From contig CAZSSD010000001.1 of the NCBI GenBank assembly GCA_964609765.1, forward strand, positions 45,282-109,281: a stretch of 64,000 nt of DNA, given 5' to 3'. Below, in pieces: positions 9,301 to 19,259 of this stretch. The number at the start of each line of letters is the position of its first letter. Within the stretch, counting starts at the first letter, position 1. The position numbers were made by a program, and so were the translations under genes. The stretch is from an uncultured Candidatus Saccharibacteria bacterium. Its GTDB lineage: Bacteria; Patescibacteriota; Doudnabacteria; UBA920; 2-02-FULL-46-11. The notes under the pieces were generated by a model, which made no database searches, had not been told where the DNA came from, and worked only from the letters and a program-made list of their open reading frames with translations.

Positions 9301-10362
9301 ATGTTTCGGACATTTGATAAGTTGTACGAAAAATTCGCCTATGATATTGGTGTCGATTTGGGCACAGCCAATACCCTTGTCTACGTAAAAAACAAGGGTA
9401 TTGTTATCAATGAGCCATCGGTGGTGGCCATAAATTCGCGCACGAAGCAGATTCTGGCTATCGGCAACGAAGCCCGCCGCATGGTCGGCCGTACGCCGCC
9501 GCATATCGTGGCTACAAGGCCCTTAGTGGACGGGGTTATTTCTGACTTTGAAGTGACGGAACAAATGCTACGTTACTTTATTGGCCGGGTGCAGGCTAAG
9601 GGTTTGTCTTTTTTGCGCCGGCCGCGCGTGGTGGTAGGTATTCCTTCGGGCGTGACGGAAGTGGAAAAAAGGGCCGTGGTCGATGCCACGCTTTCCGCGG
9701 GCGCGCGGCAGGCTTTTTTAATTGAGGAACCTATGGCCGCGGCCATCGGGGCAAGATTACCGGTGGAAGATCCGGCCGGCAGTATGATTGTCGATATTGG
9801 CGGCGGTACTTCTGAAATCGCGGTCATCTCATTGGGCGGTATTGTGGTATCGCGCAGTTTGCGCATTGCCGGCGATGAGATGAATCAAAACATTGTTCAA
9901 TATGTTCGTGACGAATTTAACTTACTGCTGGGCGAGCGTACGGCCGAGGAAGTTAAAATTGCGATCGGCTCGGCTAAAAGTTTGGAGCAGCCTTTAGAAA
10001 CAATTATTCGGGGCCGGGATTTAATTTCGGGACTGCCCAAAGAGGTAAAAATAAATGATTCGCATGTGCGCACCGCCATGGCCCGTTCGGTTAGAATTGT
10101 TGTTAACAATATTAAAACAGCCATTGAAGAAACTCCGCCGGAATTGGTGGCGGACATTATGAACCGCGGCATTGTTTTGGCGGGCGGGGGAGCCTTACTT
10201 CGCAATTTGGATAAGTTGGTGGAAGAAGAAACCAAAATGCCGGTGCGCGTGGCCGAAGATCCCTTGACAGCCGTGGCCCGCGGCGCGGGCATGGTTTTGG
10301 AAGAAATAGACGGTCTGGCCTCGGTGCTGGTGGATACGGAGTTTGAAAAAGTACCTAGATAA
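9301..10362 (+). CDS. mreB: Rod shape-determining protein MreB
   Basis: DIGVDLGTANT, EPSVVA, IEEPMAAAIGA, DIGGGTSE, LAGGGALL. ATG 9301 preferred over the upstream TTG. Confidence 0.97.
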   Translation: MFRTFDKLYEKFAYDIGVDLGTANTLVYVKNKGIVINEPSVVAINSRTKQILAIGNEARRMVGRTPPHIVATRPLVDGVISDFEVTEQMLRYFIGRVQAKGLSFLRRPRVVVGIPSGVTEVEKRAVVDATLSAGARQAFLIEEPMAAAIGARLPVEDPAGSMIVDIGGGTSEIAVISLGGIVVSRSLRIAGDEMNQNIVQYVRDEFNLLLGERTAEEVKIAIGSAKSLEQPLETIIRGRDLISGLPKEVKINDSHVRTAMARSVRIVVNNIKTAIEETPPELVADIMNRGIVLAGGGALLRNLDKLVEEETKMPVRVAEDPLTAVARGAGMVLEEIDGLASVLVDTEFEKVPR

Positions 10363-10372
10363 GCTTCGCTTA

Positions 10373-10490
10373 AAATCCCAAACCCCAATGCTCAATGACC
10401 AATCAAATTTCAATTCCTAAAATCCCAATTGGCCATTAAGTCATTGAGTAATTTATTGAGCATTAGGGTTTGGTTATTGGGAATTCAAAA
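10373..10490. repeat. Heptamer-based imperfect palindromic intergenic repeat
   Basis: AAATCCC-AAACCCC-AATGCTC-AATGACC units mirrored by TTGAGCA-TTAGGGT-TTGGTTA-TTGGGAA; 10378-10396 pairs with 10455-10473. Confidence 0.65.
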
Positions 10491-10496
10491 TTTTTT

Positions 10497-11291
10497 ATGC
10501 TTCTTAACACCAAAACGAAATTATTCATAGTCATCGTTATCGTTATTGTTGTTTTTGGCCGTTTGGGCTGGCTTAATCCGGTAGAGAATTTTTTTATCTG
10601 GGTTACCCGTCCCGTTTTTAATGTATCGCGCAATGCCAGTCTGGGTGTCGTAAATTTTTTTTCTAATGTTTTTACGATCGGAGATTTGGAAAACGAAAAC
10701 GCGGATCTCAAACAAAAATTGGTTTTGCTGGAAACCGAAAATGCCAGATTAAAAATTGCCGCCGCCGAAGTGGAAAAATTAGGGCAAGCCCTAAATTTAA
10801 AGGCAAGAACAGGTTTTGTTTTAACGGGGGCAAGGGTGGTCAGTGTGGATCCGACCAGTTTAAATCAAACTTTAGTGGTAGACCGGGGCAGCAATAGCGG
10901 CGTGGTGCTTGCTCAGGCGGTGGTGGACGCCAGCGGGGCCTATGTCGGCCAAGTTACCCGAGTATTAACGAATACGGCCGAAATAACCCTTATTTCCGAT
11001 TTTAGCAGCCGATTGCCGGCCGAAGTGGCTGAAACGGGCGCCAGGGGCATTATCACCGGCCAGCACGGGCTTTCGGTGGCCCTAATTGAGGTCCCGCAGG
11101 GCCAATATTTAAAGGAGGGTGGACGGGTAGTCACTACTGGTTTTACGGTGGGTGTCCCGGCCGGGCTTTTTATAGGATATGTTGATAAATTAAGGACTGG
11201 CGGCAGCGACCTTTTTCAGGAGGCTAATATCGCGCCGGCAGCTGATCTTCGCCAGCTGCGCACGGTTTTTATAATCACCGGCAGCAATTGA
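10497..11291 (+). CDS. mreC: Rod shape-determining protein MreC
   Basis: N-terminal TM, coiled coil, VDRGSNSGV, VVTTG...PAGLFIG; lies between mreB and mreD. Confidence 0.9.
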   Translation: MLLNTKTKLFIVIVIVIVVFGRLGWLNPVENFFIWVTRPVFNVSRNASLGVVNFFSNVFTIGDLENENADLKQKLVLLETENARLKIAAAEVEKLGQALNLKARTGFVLTGARVVSVDPTSLNQTLVVDRGSNSGVVLAQAVVDASGAYVGQVTRVLTNTAEITLISDFSSRLPAEVAETGARGIITGQHGLSVALIEVPQGQYLKEGGRVVTTGFTVGVPAGLFIGYVDKLRTGGSDLFQEANIAPAADLRQLRTVFIITGSN

Positions 11292-11295
11292 CCGT

Positions 11296-11748
11296 ATGAA
11301 ATATTGGTTTTATATATTTAGCGTTATTGCGCTTCTTATTTTACAGACTGCCATTCTACCTGTTCTATTTAGGAGTTGGCCAACACCGAATATTTTATTG
11401 GTGGCCAGTCTGCTTATTATCCTGATGCATGATCGCGAAGAGCATTTATACACGGCTCTCCTTTGCGGACTGCTTTTAGATTTTATAACACCCGTCCCGA
11501 ACGGCACCTACGCTTTGCTTTTTGTGGGCGCGGCGGCAGTGATGAAGTTTATCTCGAGGCATTGGATCGATCCCGGTCTAAATCTTAAAAGTCTGGGCTT
11601 GATATTGTTCCTGGCGACCGTGGTCTCGCCACTCACAGTCGCCCTGGTTACCGCCGGCTCCCTCTCTTTGGTTTATATTCTTGAACTCGCTTTGCTGACC
11701 CTGCCAACGATATTCATCCTAAGCAAATTACTTTATGTTCGAGCCTGA
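11296..11748 (+). CDS. mreD: Rod shape-determining protein MreD
   Basis: Polytopic membrane protein with LQT, PN and GLLLD motifs; synteny. Confidence 0.75.
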   Translation: MKYWFYIFSVIALLILQTAILPVLFRSWPTPNILLVASLLIILMHDREEHLYTALLCGLLLDFITPVPNGTYALLFVGAAAVMKFISRHWIDPGLNLKSLGLILFLATVVSPLTVALVTAGSLSLVYILELALLTLPTIFILSKLLYVRA

Positions 11749-13645
11749 CGGTATTGATAATTTAAGCACGCCTGACCTCAACCGGATTTCTATCGAGGAG
11801 GTTTTATTAGATACTGATGCCGACGTGGTACACAGCTCTCTCGAATCCGGCCATAGAAATACCACCAATATCAAAATTTTCGCGGCCCTGGTGTTGGTTG
11901 GATTGCTGGTTATCAGCGGACAACTTATTAATTTGCAAATAGGCCGTGGCGACGATTACAGCGCCGCCGCTGAAAATAATCGCGTGCGCACCATACGCAA
12001 ATTCGCGCCGCGCGGTTTAATTACGGATCGGTACGGCGAGCCCCTGGTTCGCAATATACCAAGTTTTGAATTAGTGGCCATACCGATTGATTTGCCCAAA
12101 GATAATGAAGCGCGCACAGCCCTTTTTAGCGCCGCCGGTCAGGTTATTGGCATAAGCGCTCAAGAAATAGCAGAAAAACTCAATAGTGCCAGCGCCAATT
12201 CTATTGAACCTTTTTTAATTAAGCAATCATTAAGCCAGGATGAGGCTCTTAAACTTGAGGGCTTGGTCCAAAACACGCCGGGCTTCCAAATACAGAGCAC
12301 GCCGATCCGGGAGTATTTAAACGGCCCCGCCTTTTCCAATATTCTCGGTTTTACCGGCAAATTAACGCAGGAGGAATGGGAACAAAAAAGAGCGCAAAAA
12401 TATTTTTTTAATGATATTCTGGGCAAAACCGGCGTGGAGTTGGTATTTGAAGATACTTTGCGCGGCCGCCATGGCGGTACCGAAGTGGAGGTGGACGCCA
12501 GCGGTAAAATTGTCAAAAAAATAAGAGAAGTTGAGCCGCAGACCGGGCATGATGTAACGCTTACCGTAGACGCCGGCTTGCAGCTTTTTATTTATAATGC
12601 TTTGCAGGAAATGCTGGCCGCCCGCCCCGCTTCTTTGGGTGCGGCGGCGGTGGCCTCCAATCCGAAAACGGGCGAGATATTGGCCTTGGTTACCCTGCCC
12701 GGTTTTGATAATAATCTATTCGCCAAAGGTATTAAAACCAGGGAGTATAACGCCCTGGTTTCGAATAAAGCCAAACCAATGTTAAACCGGCCGCTGGCCG
12801 GCTTGTACCCGCCGGGCTCTACCATCAAGCCTTTAATCGCGGCCGCGGCCTTGCAAGAAGGGGTTATTACGCGCCAAACCAAAATAAACGATGAAGGCGT
12901 GATTACGGTCGGCAGTTTTAATTTTTACGGCTGGAAGCGGGAAGGCTTAGGCGTGATGGATGTTATTTCGGCGATTGCCTGGTCATCCGATCCTTTTTTC
13001 TATGTGGTCGGCGGCGGCCATGAAGCCTATGGGATCAGCGGTTTAGGCGTAGATCGCTTAGTGGCCTACTTGCAGAAATTTAATTTTGGGCAGCCCAGCG
13101 GCATTTCATTGCCTGGCGAAGAATCGGGTTTTGTCCCAAGCCAAGCTTGGAAGAAACAAAGGTTTGCCGGCACAGACGAACAGAACTGGTACTTGGGAAA
13201 CACTTATCATCTAAGTATTGGCCAGGGTTATTTTCTGGTTACGCCCCTTCAATTGAATATGTATATTGCGGCCTTGGCCAATGACGGTAAAATGATGAAG
13301 CCGGTTATTGCCGCTACTGAATCGCCGCAACTGCTTAGAGAGGTGGGGATAGAGCAAAAAAATTTGGAGATCGCCCAAGCGGGCATGCGTGAAGTCATTT
13401 TGTCTGGCACGAGCCAGAGCTTAAAGAGCCTGCCGGTTTCGGCGGCGGGCAAAACGGGCACGGCCCAATTTGATGCGAGCGATCTTTCGCGCACTCACGC
13501 TTGGTACACGGCCTACGCACCTTACGAAGATCCGGAAATAGCCATCACCGTGATTGTCGAGGGCGGCGGTGAAGGCAGCTCGACTTCAGTGCCCATTGTG
13601 CGCGAAGCCTTGCGTTGGTATGCGGAACATAGATTGGCAGACTAG
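11735..13645 (+). CDS. mrdA: Penicillin-binding protein 2
   Basis: APRGLITDRYG, GKTGVE, YPPGSTIK (SxxK), SSD, GKTGTAQ (KTG). Confidence 0.93.
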   Translation: MFEPDGIDNLSTPDLNRISIEEVLLDTDADVVHSSLESGHRNTTNIKIFAALVLVGLLVISGQLINLQIGRGDDYSAAAENNRVRTIRKFAPRGLITDRYGEPLVRNIPSFELVAIPIDLPKDNEARTALFSAAGQVIGISAQEIAEKLNSASANSIEPFLIKQSLSQDEALKLEGLVQNTPGFQIQSTPIREYLNGPAFSNILGFTGKLTQEEWEQKRAQKYFFNDILGKTGVELVFEDTLRGRHGGTEVEVDASGKIVKKIREVEPQTGHDVTLTVDAGLQLFIYNALQEMLAARPASLGAAAVASNPKTGEILALVTLPGFDNNLFAKGIKTREYNALVSNKAKPMLNRPLAGLYPPGSTIKPLIAAAALQEGVITRQTKINDEGVITVGSFNFYGWKREGLGVMDVISAIAWSSDPFFYVVGGGHEAYGISGLGVDRLVAYLQKFNFGQPSGISLPGEESGFVPSQAWKKQRFAGTDEQNWYLGNTYHLSIGQGYFLVTPLQLNMYIAALANDGKMMKPVIAATESPQLLREVGIEQKNLEIAQAGMREVILSGTSQSLKSLPVSAAGKTGTAQFDASDLSRTHAWYTAYAPYEDPEIAITVIVEGGGEGSSTSVPIVREALRWYAEHRLAD

Positions 13646-13648
13646 CTC

Positions 13649-13677
13649 TTGACACATGGGTTTTCTGCCCCTATCAT
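13649..13677 (+). promoter_or_regulatory. Sigma70-type promoter for greA
   Basis: TTGACA-17nt-TATCAT. Confidence 0.65.
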
Positions 13678-13708
13678 TACTCCAGCATAATTTTTGGGAG
13701 GGCTAAAC

Positions 13709-14170
13709 ATGATGACAAAAAAATATTATTTGACCGCCGAAGGACTTTCTAAACTCAAAGAAGAGTTGGATTATCTGATCAACGAGCGGCGCCAGGAAAT
13801 TATAGAGCGCATTCAGGAGGCGGTTGCCCACGGCGACCTGTCCGAGAATGCGGACTATGCGCAGGCTAAGGAAGAGCAAGCCTTTGTGGAAGGCCGCATT
13901 CAAGAGCTCGAAGAAATGATTCGCAACGCGGAAATCATTACCCATACCGAGGGCGATCAGGTTAGCATAGGTTCAACCGTAAAAGTGAGTATTGATGGCA
14001 AGGAGTACGAATATACAATTGTCGGTTCCAATGAAGCCAATCCGCGCGAAGGCAAAATTAGTAACGAGTCTTTGGTCGGCCGGGCTATTTTGGGCCGCAA
14101 AAAAGGCGACAAGGTGGAAGTGGCCACACCGGCCGGAGTAAAGGTGTGTGAGATTATAGAAAACTCCTAG
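13709..14170 (+). CDS. greA: Transcription elongation factor GreA
   Basis: HGDLSENADY..AKEEQ...EGRI; KISNES.VGRA.LG; GGAGG RBS before ATG 13709. Confidence 0.96.
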   Translation: MMTKKYYLTAEGLSKLKEELDYLINERRQEIIERIQEAVAHGDLSENADYAQAKEEQAFVEGRIQELEEMIRNAEIITHTEGDQVSIGSTVKVSIDGKEYEYTIVGSNEANPREGKISNESLVGRAILGRKKGDKVEVATPAGVKVCEIIENS

Positions 14171-14230
14171 CCAATATCCCGTGGTCTGTGGTTCGTACAA
14201 AAACAGCCTTAACGGCTTTTTTGTTATTGT

Positions 14231-14259
14231 TTGACATCTTAAAATTTTTCAAGTTTAAT
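14231..14259 (+). promoter_or_regulatory. Sigma70-type promoter for orphan cassette
   Basis: TTGACA-17nt-TTTAAT. Confidence 0.6.
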
Positions 14260-14417
14260 AACAAGTAAACTCAAGAAGGATTTATGTATTGTTTCAGTCG
14301 GCTGGGCCGCCGACCTGCTGTCGAAAGGCAGACTTACATCCCAACGGGTGGCGATAAGCTGCCCGAGCGAACACCAAACTCGCTCCAAGGGCGTGAGGCC
14401 CTGGAAGGGAGAACAAC

Positions 14418-14903
14418 ATGAGCAGACGAAAGAGCTGGAGAACGAACGGGATCGGCAGCGACCTCTATGCCGTGGTCGAAGCGATCGTCAACCTGAACGC
14501 CTACCTTGGCGGGATCTGGGTCGGCGTGCCGACGCATGGTCTCAGGGTTGAAGAATTCAGAAGCGGCAACCCTTCCGTACTTCGCGTTCGGTTTCCACGC
14601 TGGACCGAGCAAGAGTGGATCGAGCTCGTGCTCTCGGAAGACCAGGAGAATCCCGAACACGCCCGCTGTATCCAAAGGGGCCGGGTGCGCTGCCCTGCGT
14701 TCGGAAAGAGAGTTGGTGAGAAGCAATGGCTGGGATTCGCGTTCGATAACCTCGCCAACTGGTATGGGGGGGCCAGGTTTTTCGACTTCATCAATGCAGA
14801 CAGCGAGGCTCTCGTGCGTCAAGCTTTTGAGGGCCGGGCAAGTGTGCTCGAGCATTGCCACAACATTGCTCTGACAACTCTGGCAGAACTCGAGGGGTTC
14901 TAG
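14418..14903 (+). CDS. Hypothetical protein (161 aa) in a GC-rich cassette
   Basis: Purine-rich RBS GGAAGGGA before ATG; own promoter and terminator; no family recognised. Confidence 0.6.
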   Translation: MSRRKSWRTNGIGSDLYAVVEAIVNLNAYLGGIWVGVPTHGLRVEEFRSGNPSVLRVRFPRWTEQEWIELVLSEDQENPEHARCIQRGRVRCPAFGKRVGEKQWLGFAFDNLANWYGGARFFDFINADSEALVRQAFEGRASVLEHCHNIALTTLAELEGF

Positions 14904-14933
14904 CAGTAAGTGGCCCGCTGACTGAAACGTACG

Positions 14934-14969
14934 GCACCCGCAGGAAGTCCCTGCGGGTGCGCGTGTTTT
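14934..14969 (+). terminator. Terminator-like hairpin
   Basis: GCACCCGCAGG-AAGTC-CCTGCGGGTGC then GCGTGTTTT. Confidence 0.6.
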
Positions 14970-14985
14970 ATGTTATAATTATTTT

Positions 14986-16467
14986 ATGTCTACACGTCAA
15001 CAGAGCTTGCGGGAGGACAGGTTAAAAAAGATTGAGGATTTAAAAGCGCGCGGGGTTGACCCTTATCCCGTTGATGTTTCGGATGACCGCGAGCCGATTG
15101 GTGATGTATTGTCCGAATTTAAAGATGTGGCCGGTGAACCTGGGTCGACCTTGAACAAACTTGCTACCATCGCCGGCCGGGTGCGATCGATGAGATTGCA
15201 CGGGAAAGTTGCATTTGTTGATTTGGAGGACCAATCAGGCCGCATGCAGGCTATGTTTCGCGCCGATGATGTTGGCGAAGAACAATTTAATGTTTTTGTT
15301 AATGATGTCGATGAGGGTGATTTTATTGAAGCAAGCGGCAGTTTGGGTATCAGCAAAACCGGCGAAAAGTCTATTTTCGCCAACGGTTGGCGGATGCTCA
15401 CAAAATCGATTCGGCCGATCCCGTCTGAATACTACGGCTTAAAGGACGTCGAACAGAGGTTGCGTAAGCGCTATCTTGATTTAATCGCCAACCCGGAAAC
15501 GCGTGAAATGTTCAGGCAAAAATCGAAATTTTGGCAAAGCCTGCGCCAATTTTTGCTGGACAACGGCTTCATGGAAGTGGAGTTGCCGGTTTTGGAATCA
15601 ACGCCCGGCGGCGCCGAAGCCGAGCCTTTCGTTACCCATCATAACGCTCTTGATCGTGATTTTTATCTGCGTATCTCCTTAGAGCTGCCGCTTAAACGGC
15701 TTTTGGTGGGCGGTTATGAAAAAGTTTTTGAAATCGGCCGCATCTTTCGTAACGAAGGTATTGATGCCGAACATCTGCAGGATTATACACAAATGGAGTT
15801 TTATTGGGCTTACGCCGATTATCAGGATTTGATGGTCTTTTTGCGCAAGATGTACCAATATGTAATAGAAAATACTTTCGGTACCCTCAAAACCACTTAC
15901 GACGGTAAGGAAATCGATTGGTCAGGCGAATGGCCGGTGGTCGATTTTTACGATTTATTTGAAAAATATGCCGGCGCTTCACCGGATTTAAGCGAGGCGG
16001 AATTGCGCACGGTGGCCGAGAAAAATGGCATTGATGTCAGCGAAATTTACGGTAAGGGTAAGGTTATCGACGCAATCTATAAACGCAAAGTGCGGCCAAA
16101 TCTAGTCCAACCGCAATTTATGATTAGGCCGCCGGTGGAAATGGAACCGCTGGCCAAGCGCGATCCCGAATTTCCCAACCGCGTGCAGCGTTTGCAGATC
16201 ATGGCCGGCGGTACCGAGCTGGGCAAGGGTTTTTCCGAGCTTAATGACCCTCTTGACCAGCGTGCGCGTTTTGAAGAGCAAATGAAGCTGCGCGAAGTTG
16301 GCGATAAAGAAGCGCAGATGCTGGATGAGGATTACGTGGAAGCTTTGGAGTATGGCATGCCGCCAGCGGCAGGTTTTGGCATATCCGAACGACTATTTGC
16401 GGTGTTGGTTGATAAACCAATCAGAGAGATAGTTTTCTCTCCGCCAATGAAAGACCCCGGGAACTAG
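14986..16467 (+). CDS. lysS: Lysine--tRNA ligase (class II)
   Basis: OB-fold AGRV..R.HGK, R.RYLDL, GGAEA.PF.THHN, YLRIS.EL.LKRL.VGG, FRNEG, YGMPPAAG.G. Confidence 0.97.
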   Translation: MSTRQQSLREDRLKKIEDLKARGVDPYPVDVSDDREPIGDVLSEFKDVAGEPGSTLNKLATIAGRVRSMRLHGKVAFVDLEDQSGRMQAMFRADDVGEEQFNVFVNDVDEGDFIEASGSLGISKTGEKSIFANGWRMLTKSIRPIPSEYYGLKDVEQRLRKRYLDLIANPETREMFRQKSKFWQSLRQFLLDNGFMEVELPVLESTPGGAEAEPFVTHHNALDRDFYLRISLELPLKRLLVGGYEKVFEIGRIFRNEGIDAEHLQDYTQMEFYWAYADYQDLMVFLRKMYQYVIENTFGTLKTTYDGKEIDWSGEWPVVDFYDLFEKYAGASPDLSEAELRTVAEKNGIDVSEIYGKGKVIDAIYKRKVRPNLVQPQFMIRPPVEMEPLAKRDPEFPNRVQRLQIMAGGTELGKGFSELNDPLDQRARFEEQMKLREVGDKEAQMLDEDYVEALEYGMPPAAGFGISERLFAVLVDKPIREIVFSPPMKDPGN

Positions 16468-16501
16468 GGAACCGAAGGTTCCCTTCCAGCGATCCTGCAC
16501 C

Positions 16502-16637
16502 CTCCTTGCAAGGTGCCCTCGTCAGGACTCGGGCTAGCCTCGAATAAGCCGCCGCAGCAAAGCTGCTTACCGTCTTATTCTCGGCATTAAACAGCTCGCT
16601 TCGCAAATTAACTTGCTTGCTCGTTTTACTCAAGGAG
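16502..16637 (+). repeat. Structured intergenic element related to the trxB-flanking repeats
   Basis: Closed by CTCCTTG 16502-08/CAAGGAG 16631-37; core ACTCGGGCTAGC-[hairpin]-ACAGCTCGC. Confidence 0.45.
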
Positions 16638-16641
16638 AATC

Positions 16642-16920
16642 ATGGTGAATTTATCGATTGAACAAATCGCGGAGGAGTTGGGAGCGGGAACAAGATGGCA
16701 GATTCATGATGCCAAACTGTCGGGCAGCTTTATATTTAAAGATTTTAGTGAAGCTTTATCTTTTGTGAACAAGGTATCTTCCGCCGCGCGGGCGGCGAAT
16801 CATCATCCAAATATTTTTATTGAATATAATAGAGTAACGCTAACGCTATGGACGCACAGTGAGAATGGTATCACCGAAAAGGACATTGCGTTAGCTAAAG
16901 AAATTGATAAATATGCTTGA
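16642..16920 (+). CDS. Pterin-4a-carbinolamine dehydratase family protein
   Basis: F.FKDF..A..FVN.V...A...NHHP.I...YNRV...LWTH...GIT.KD..LA..ID. Confidence 0.9.
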   Translation: MVNLSIEQIAEELGAGTRWQIHDAKLSGSFIFKDFSEALSFVNKVSSAARAANHHPNIFIEYNRVTLTLWTHSENGITEKDIALAKEIDKYA

Positions 16921-18244
16921 TATTAAGTTTATACGCGAAAATCCGGAGGTGGTGAAAAAGGGGATTGCCAGCAAAGGCGCCAATCCCGACTTAATTGATC
17001 GTGCCATAGATGTCGATGCCAGACGGCGCAGTTTGCAAACCCAACTTGATCAAATTAAGGCCGAGAAAAATAAGCTGGGTAAAGAAATAAATAATTTGAG
17101 CGCGGAAGAACGCGACGCCCGCATTGCCGCCCTGCGCGCCCAGGATGTTAAGTCTGAAAGCCTCGAGGACGATCTTAAGAAAGCCCAGGCCGAGCTTAAC
17201 GATTTGCTTTATAATATACCCAATCTACCTGATCCTGATGTGCCGGTTGGCGAAAGCGAGGACCAAAACGTGGTTATCAAAACCGTAGGCGAACCCGCTG
17301 TATTTGATTTTGAATTTGCCGACTATATGGAATTGGCGGGAGAAATGGATCTGGTTGATACGATCACCTCCGCTAAAGTTTCTGGCAGCCGCTTCGGTTA
17401 TATTAAAGGTGCTCTGGCCCGCCTGCAGTTCGCTTTGGGGCAGTTGGTTTTAGACACTCTGACCAATCCCCAGATTGTGGCTCAAATTGCGAACTCGGTT
17501 GATCCGCAGTTGAGCAAAGCCCCGTTTGTGCCGGTGGTACCGCCGGTGATGATTCGGGAAGATGTGTATCTTAAAACAGCGCGTATGGATGCGGATGCCA
17601 AAGAAGAAAGATATTATATTCCCAAGGATGAGCTTTATCTAATTGGCAGCGCTGAACATACTTTAGTGCCGATGTACATGGATGAGGTGATTGATGAATC
17701 TCTGCTGCCTTTACGTTTTATCGGTTATTCTACGGCCTTCCGCCGCGAATCGGGCACTTATGGCAAGGACACCAAGGGCATATTGCGCGTGCATCATTTT
17801 GATAAGTGGGAGATGGAGGTCTTTGCGGATCCAGTTTCGGCGCGCAAAGAGCACGAATTTGCAATCGCTTGTGAAGAGTACTTGGTAAATTTGCTGGAAC
17901 TTCCCTATCAAGTTGTCAATAAGTGTGCGGGCGACATTGGTGGCCCTAACGCGCGCGGCGTAGATATTAACGTCTGGCTGCCCGGCGAAAATAAATACCG
18001 GGAGACGCATACCGCTGATTATATGAGTGACTATCAGGCTCGTCGGCTTAATACCAGAGTACGGCGCAAAGACGGCAGTCTCGAGTTTCTGCATACCATC
18101 GACGCTACGGCATTTGCCATTGGCCGTACCCTCATCGCCATAATCGAGAATTATCAACAGGCAGACGGCAGTATCAAGGTGCCCGACGCTCTTAAACCAT
18201 ACATGCCCACCGATGTTATAAAAGGACCGTGGGGGATGGGATAA
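16913..18244 (+). CDS. serS: Serine--tRNA ligase
   Basis: MLDIKFIRENP, IPN.P..DVP.G, KVSGSRF, FRRE.G..GKDT.GI.RVH.F.K.E, ENYQ. Confidence 0.96.
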   Translation: MLDIKFIRENPEVVKKGIASKGANPDLIDRAIDVDARRRSLQTQLDQIKAEKNKLGKEINNLSAEERDARIAALRAQDVKSESLEDDLKKAQAELNDLLYNIPNLPDPDVPVGESEDQNVVIKTVGEPAVFDFEFADYMELAGEMDLVDTITSAKVSGSRFGYIKGALARLQFALGQLVLDTLTNPQIVAQIANSVDPQLSKAPFVPVVPPVMIREDVYLKTARMDADAKEERYYIPKDELYLIGSAEHTLVPMYMDEVIDESLLPLRFIGYSTAFRRESGTYGKDTKGILRVHHFDKWEMEVFADPVSARKEHEFAIACEEYLVNLLELPYQVVNKCAGDIGGPNARGVDINVWLPGENKYRETHTADYMSDYQARRLNTRVRRKDGSLEFLHTIDATAFAIGRTLIAIIENYQQADGSIKVPDALKPYMPTDVIKGPWGMG

Positions 18245-18245
18245 T

Positions 18246-19190
18246 ATGCCTGTACGTTTAACCGGAAGGAGTGCTCCCACTTACCGATCAGGGCGTACCA
18301 GCCCGTACGTCCGTTTTCGGCGTTCCGGACTGCAGGAACGCGTAGAACAGAAGAAGACGAATCACAAAAACCGCGCTTATCGCCATAGCCATTGGCTCGG
18401 TTTATTGACGCCGGTTGGCCTCACCACTAGCTTGGCTGTTCTTTTGTTACTGGTGGGCGGTCTGTGGTTTTTTGTTTTCAGCACCTCTTTTTTGATCGAT
18501 GAAGTCAAAATTGTTGGCCCGACTTCTTTAACGCGCAGCCAAATTAACAAGGTGTTTTACGCGTTGCAGGACAAGCGCGTATTGTTTTTTATTCCAGCTA
18601 ACCACGTAGTTTTTTTAAGTAAAAAAAGGATGGCCGGTGAGCTGAAAAATTCTTATCCTCATATCGCTGAAGTATCCCATTACGACCGCACCTTACCTAA
18701 CCAGATTTCCTTTGCGGTTTTGGAGAAGAAGCCGGCGTTTGTCTTGACCGCCGATAACGGATCCCGCTATCTCCTGGATGAAGACGGCTTCAGTTTGGGT
18801 GAAGCGCTTTCGGCGCTGCCTGCCCAGAGTATAGATATCAGAGGAAATTTATCCACCCAGGCGGAAGCAGGGACCCAAATTGTCGGGGTTCCGGTCTTGA
18901 GTTTTGCCAGTTCGGTGCAAAAAAAATGGCCGGCGGACTGGAGTTTTAGGCCGGTTCAGTACGAGATATTAACGGAGGTCGGTTCGGGCGAGTTTAAAAT
19001 TTTGCTTAATGAAGGCTGGTTTGTTAAAGCGGCTGGCGCCAATAGCGCGGAAAGTTTGGTCGCCAACGTACAAACTATCCTGGCTAACGAGTTTGATACT
19101 GACGAAAAACGCCGGCAGCTTTCATATATCGATTTGCGCCTTACGAGCCGAGCTTTTTATTGTCTGAAAGATAAACCCTGCGCCAAATAA
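18246..19190 (+). CDS. FtsQ/DivIB-like POTRA-domain cell division protein
   Basis: Basic cytoplasmic N-terminus, single TM, F.IDEV.IVG POTRA start, R.LPN.I...V.E, C-terminal YIDLR. Confidence 0.7.
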   Translation: MPVRLTGRSAPTYRSGRTSPYVRFRRSGLQERVEQKKTNHKNRAYRHSHWLGLLTPVGLTTSLAVLLLLVGGLWFFVFSTSFLIDEVKIVGPTSLTRSQINKVFYALQDKRVLFFIPANHVVFLSKKRMAGELKNSYPHIAEVSHYDRTLPNQISFAVLEKKPAFVLTADNGSRYLLDEDGFSLGEALSALPAQSIDIRGNLSTQAEAGTQIVGVPVLSFASSVQKKWPADWSFRPVQYEILTEVGSGEFKILLNEGWFVKAAGANSAESLVANVQTILANEFDTDEKRRQLSYIDLRLTSRAFYCLKDKPCAK

Positions 19191-19259
19191 TCTTTATACA
19201 ACAAAATCCGTAATTACAGTTTTTATTGTTTTAGGTTCTGGGCTGCGGTTAAAAATTAA

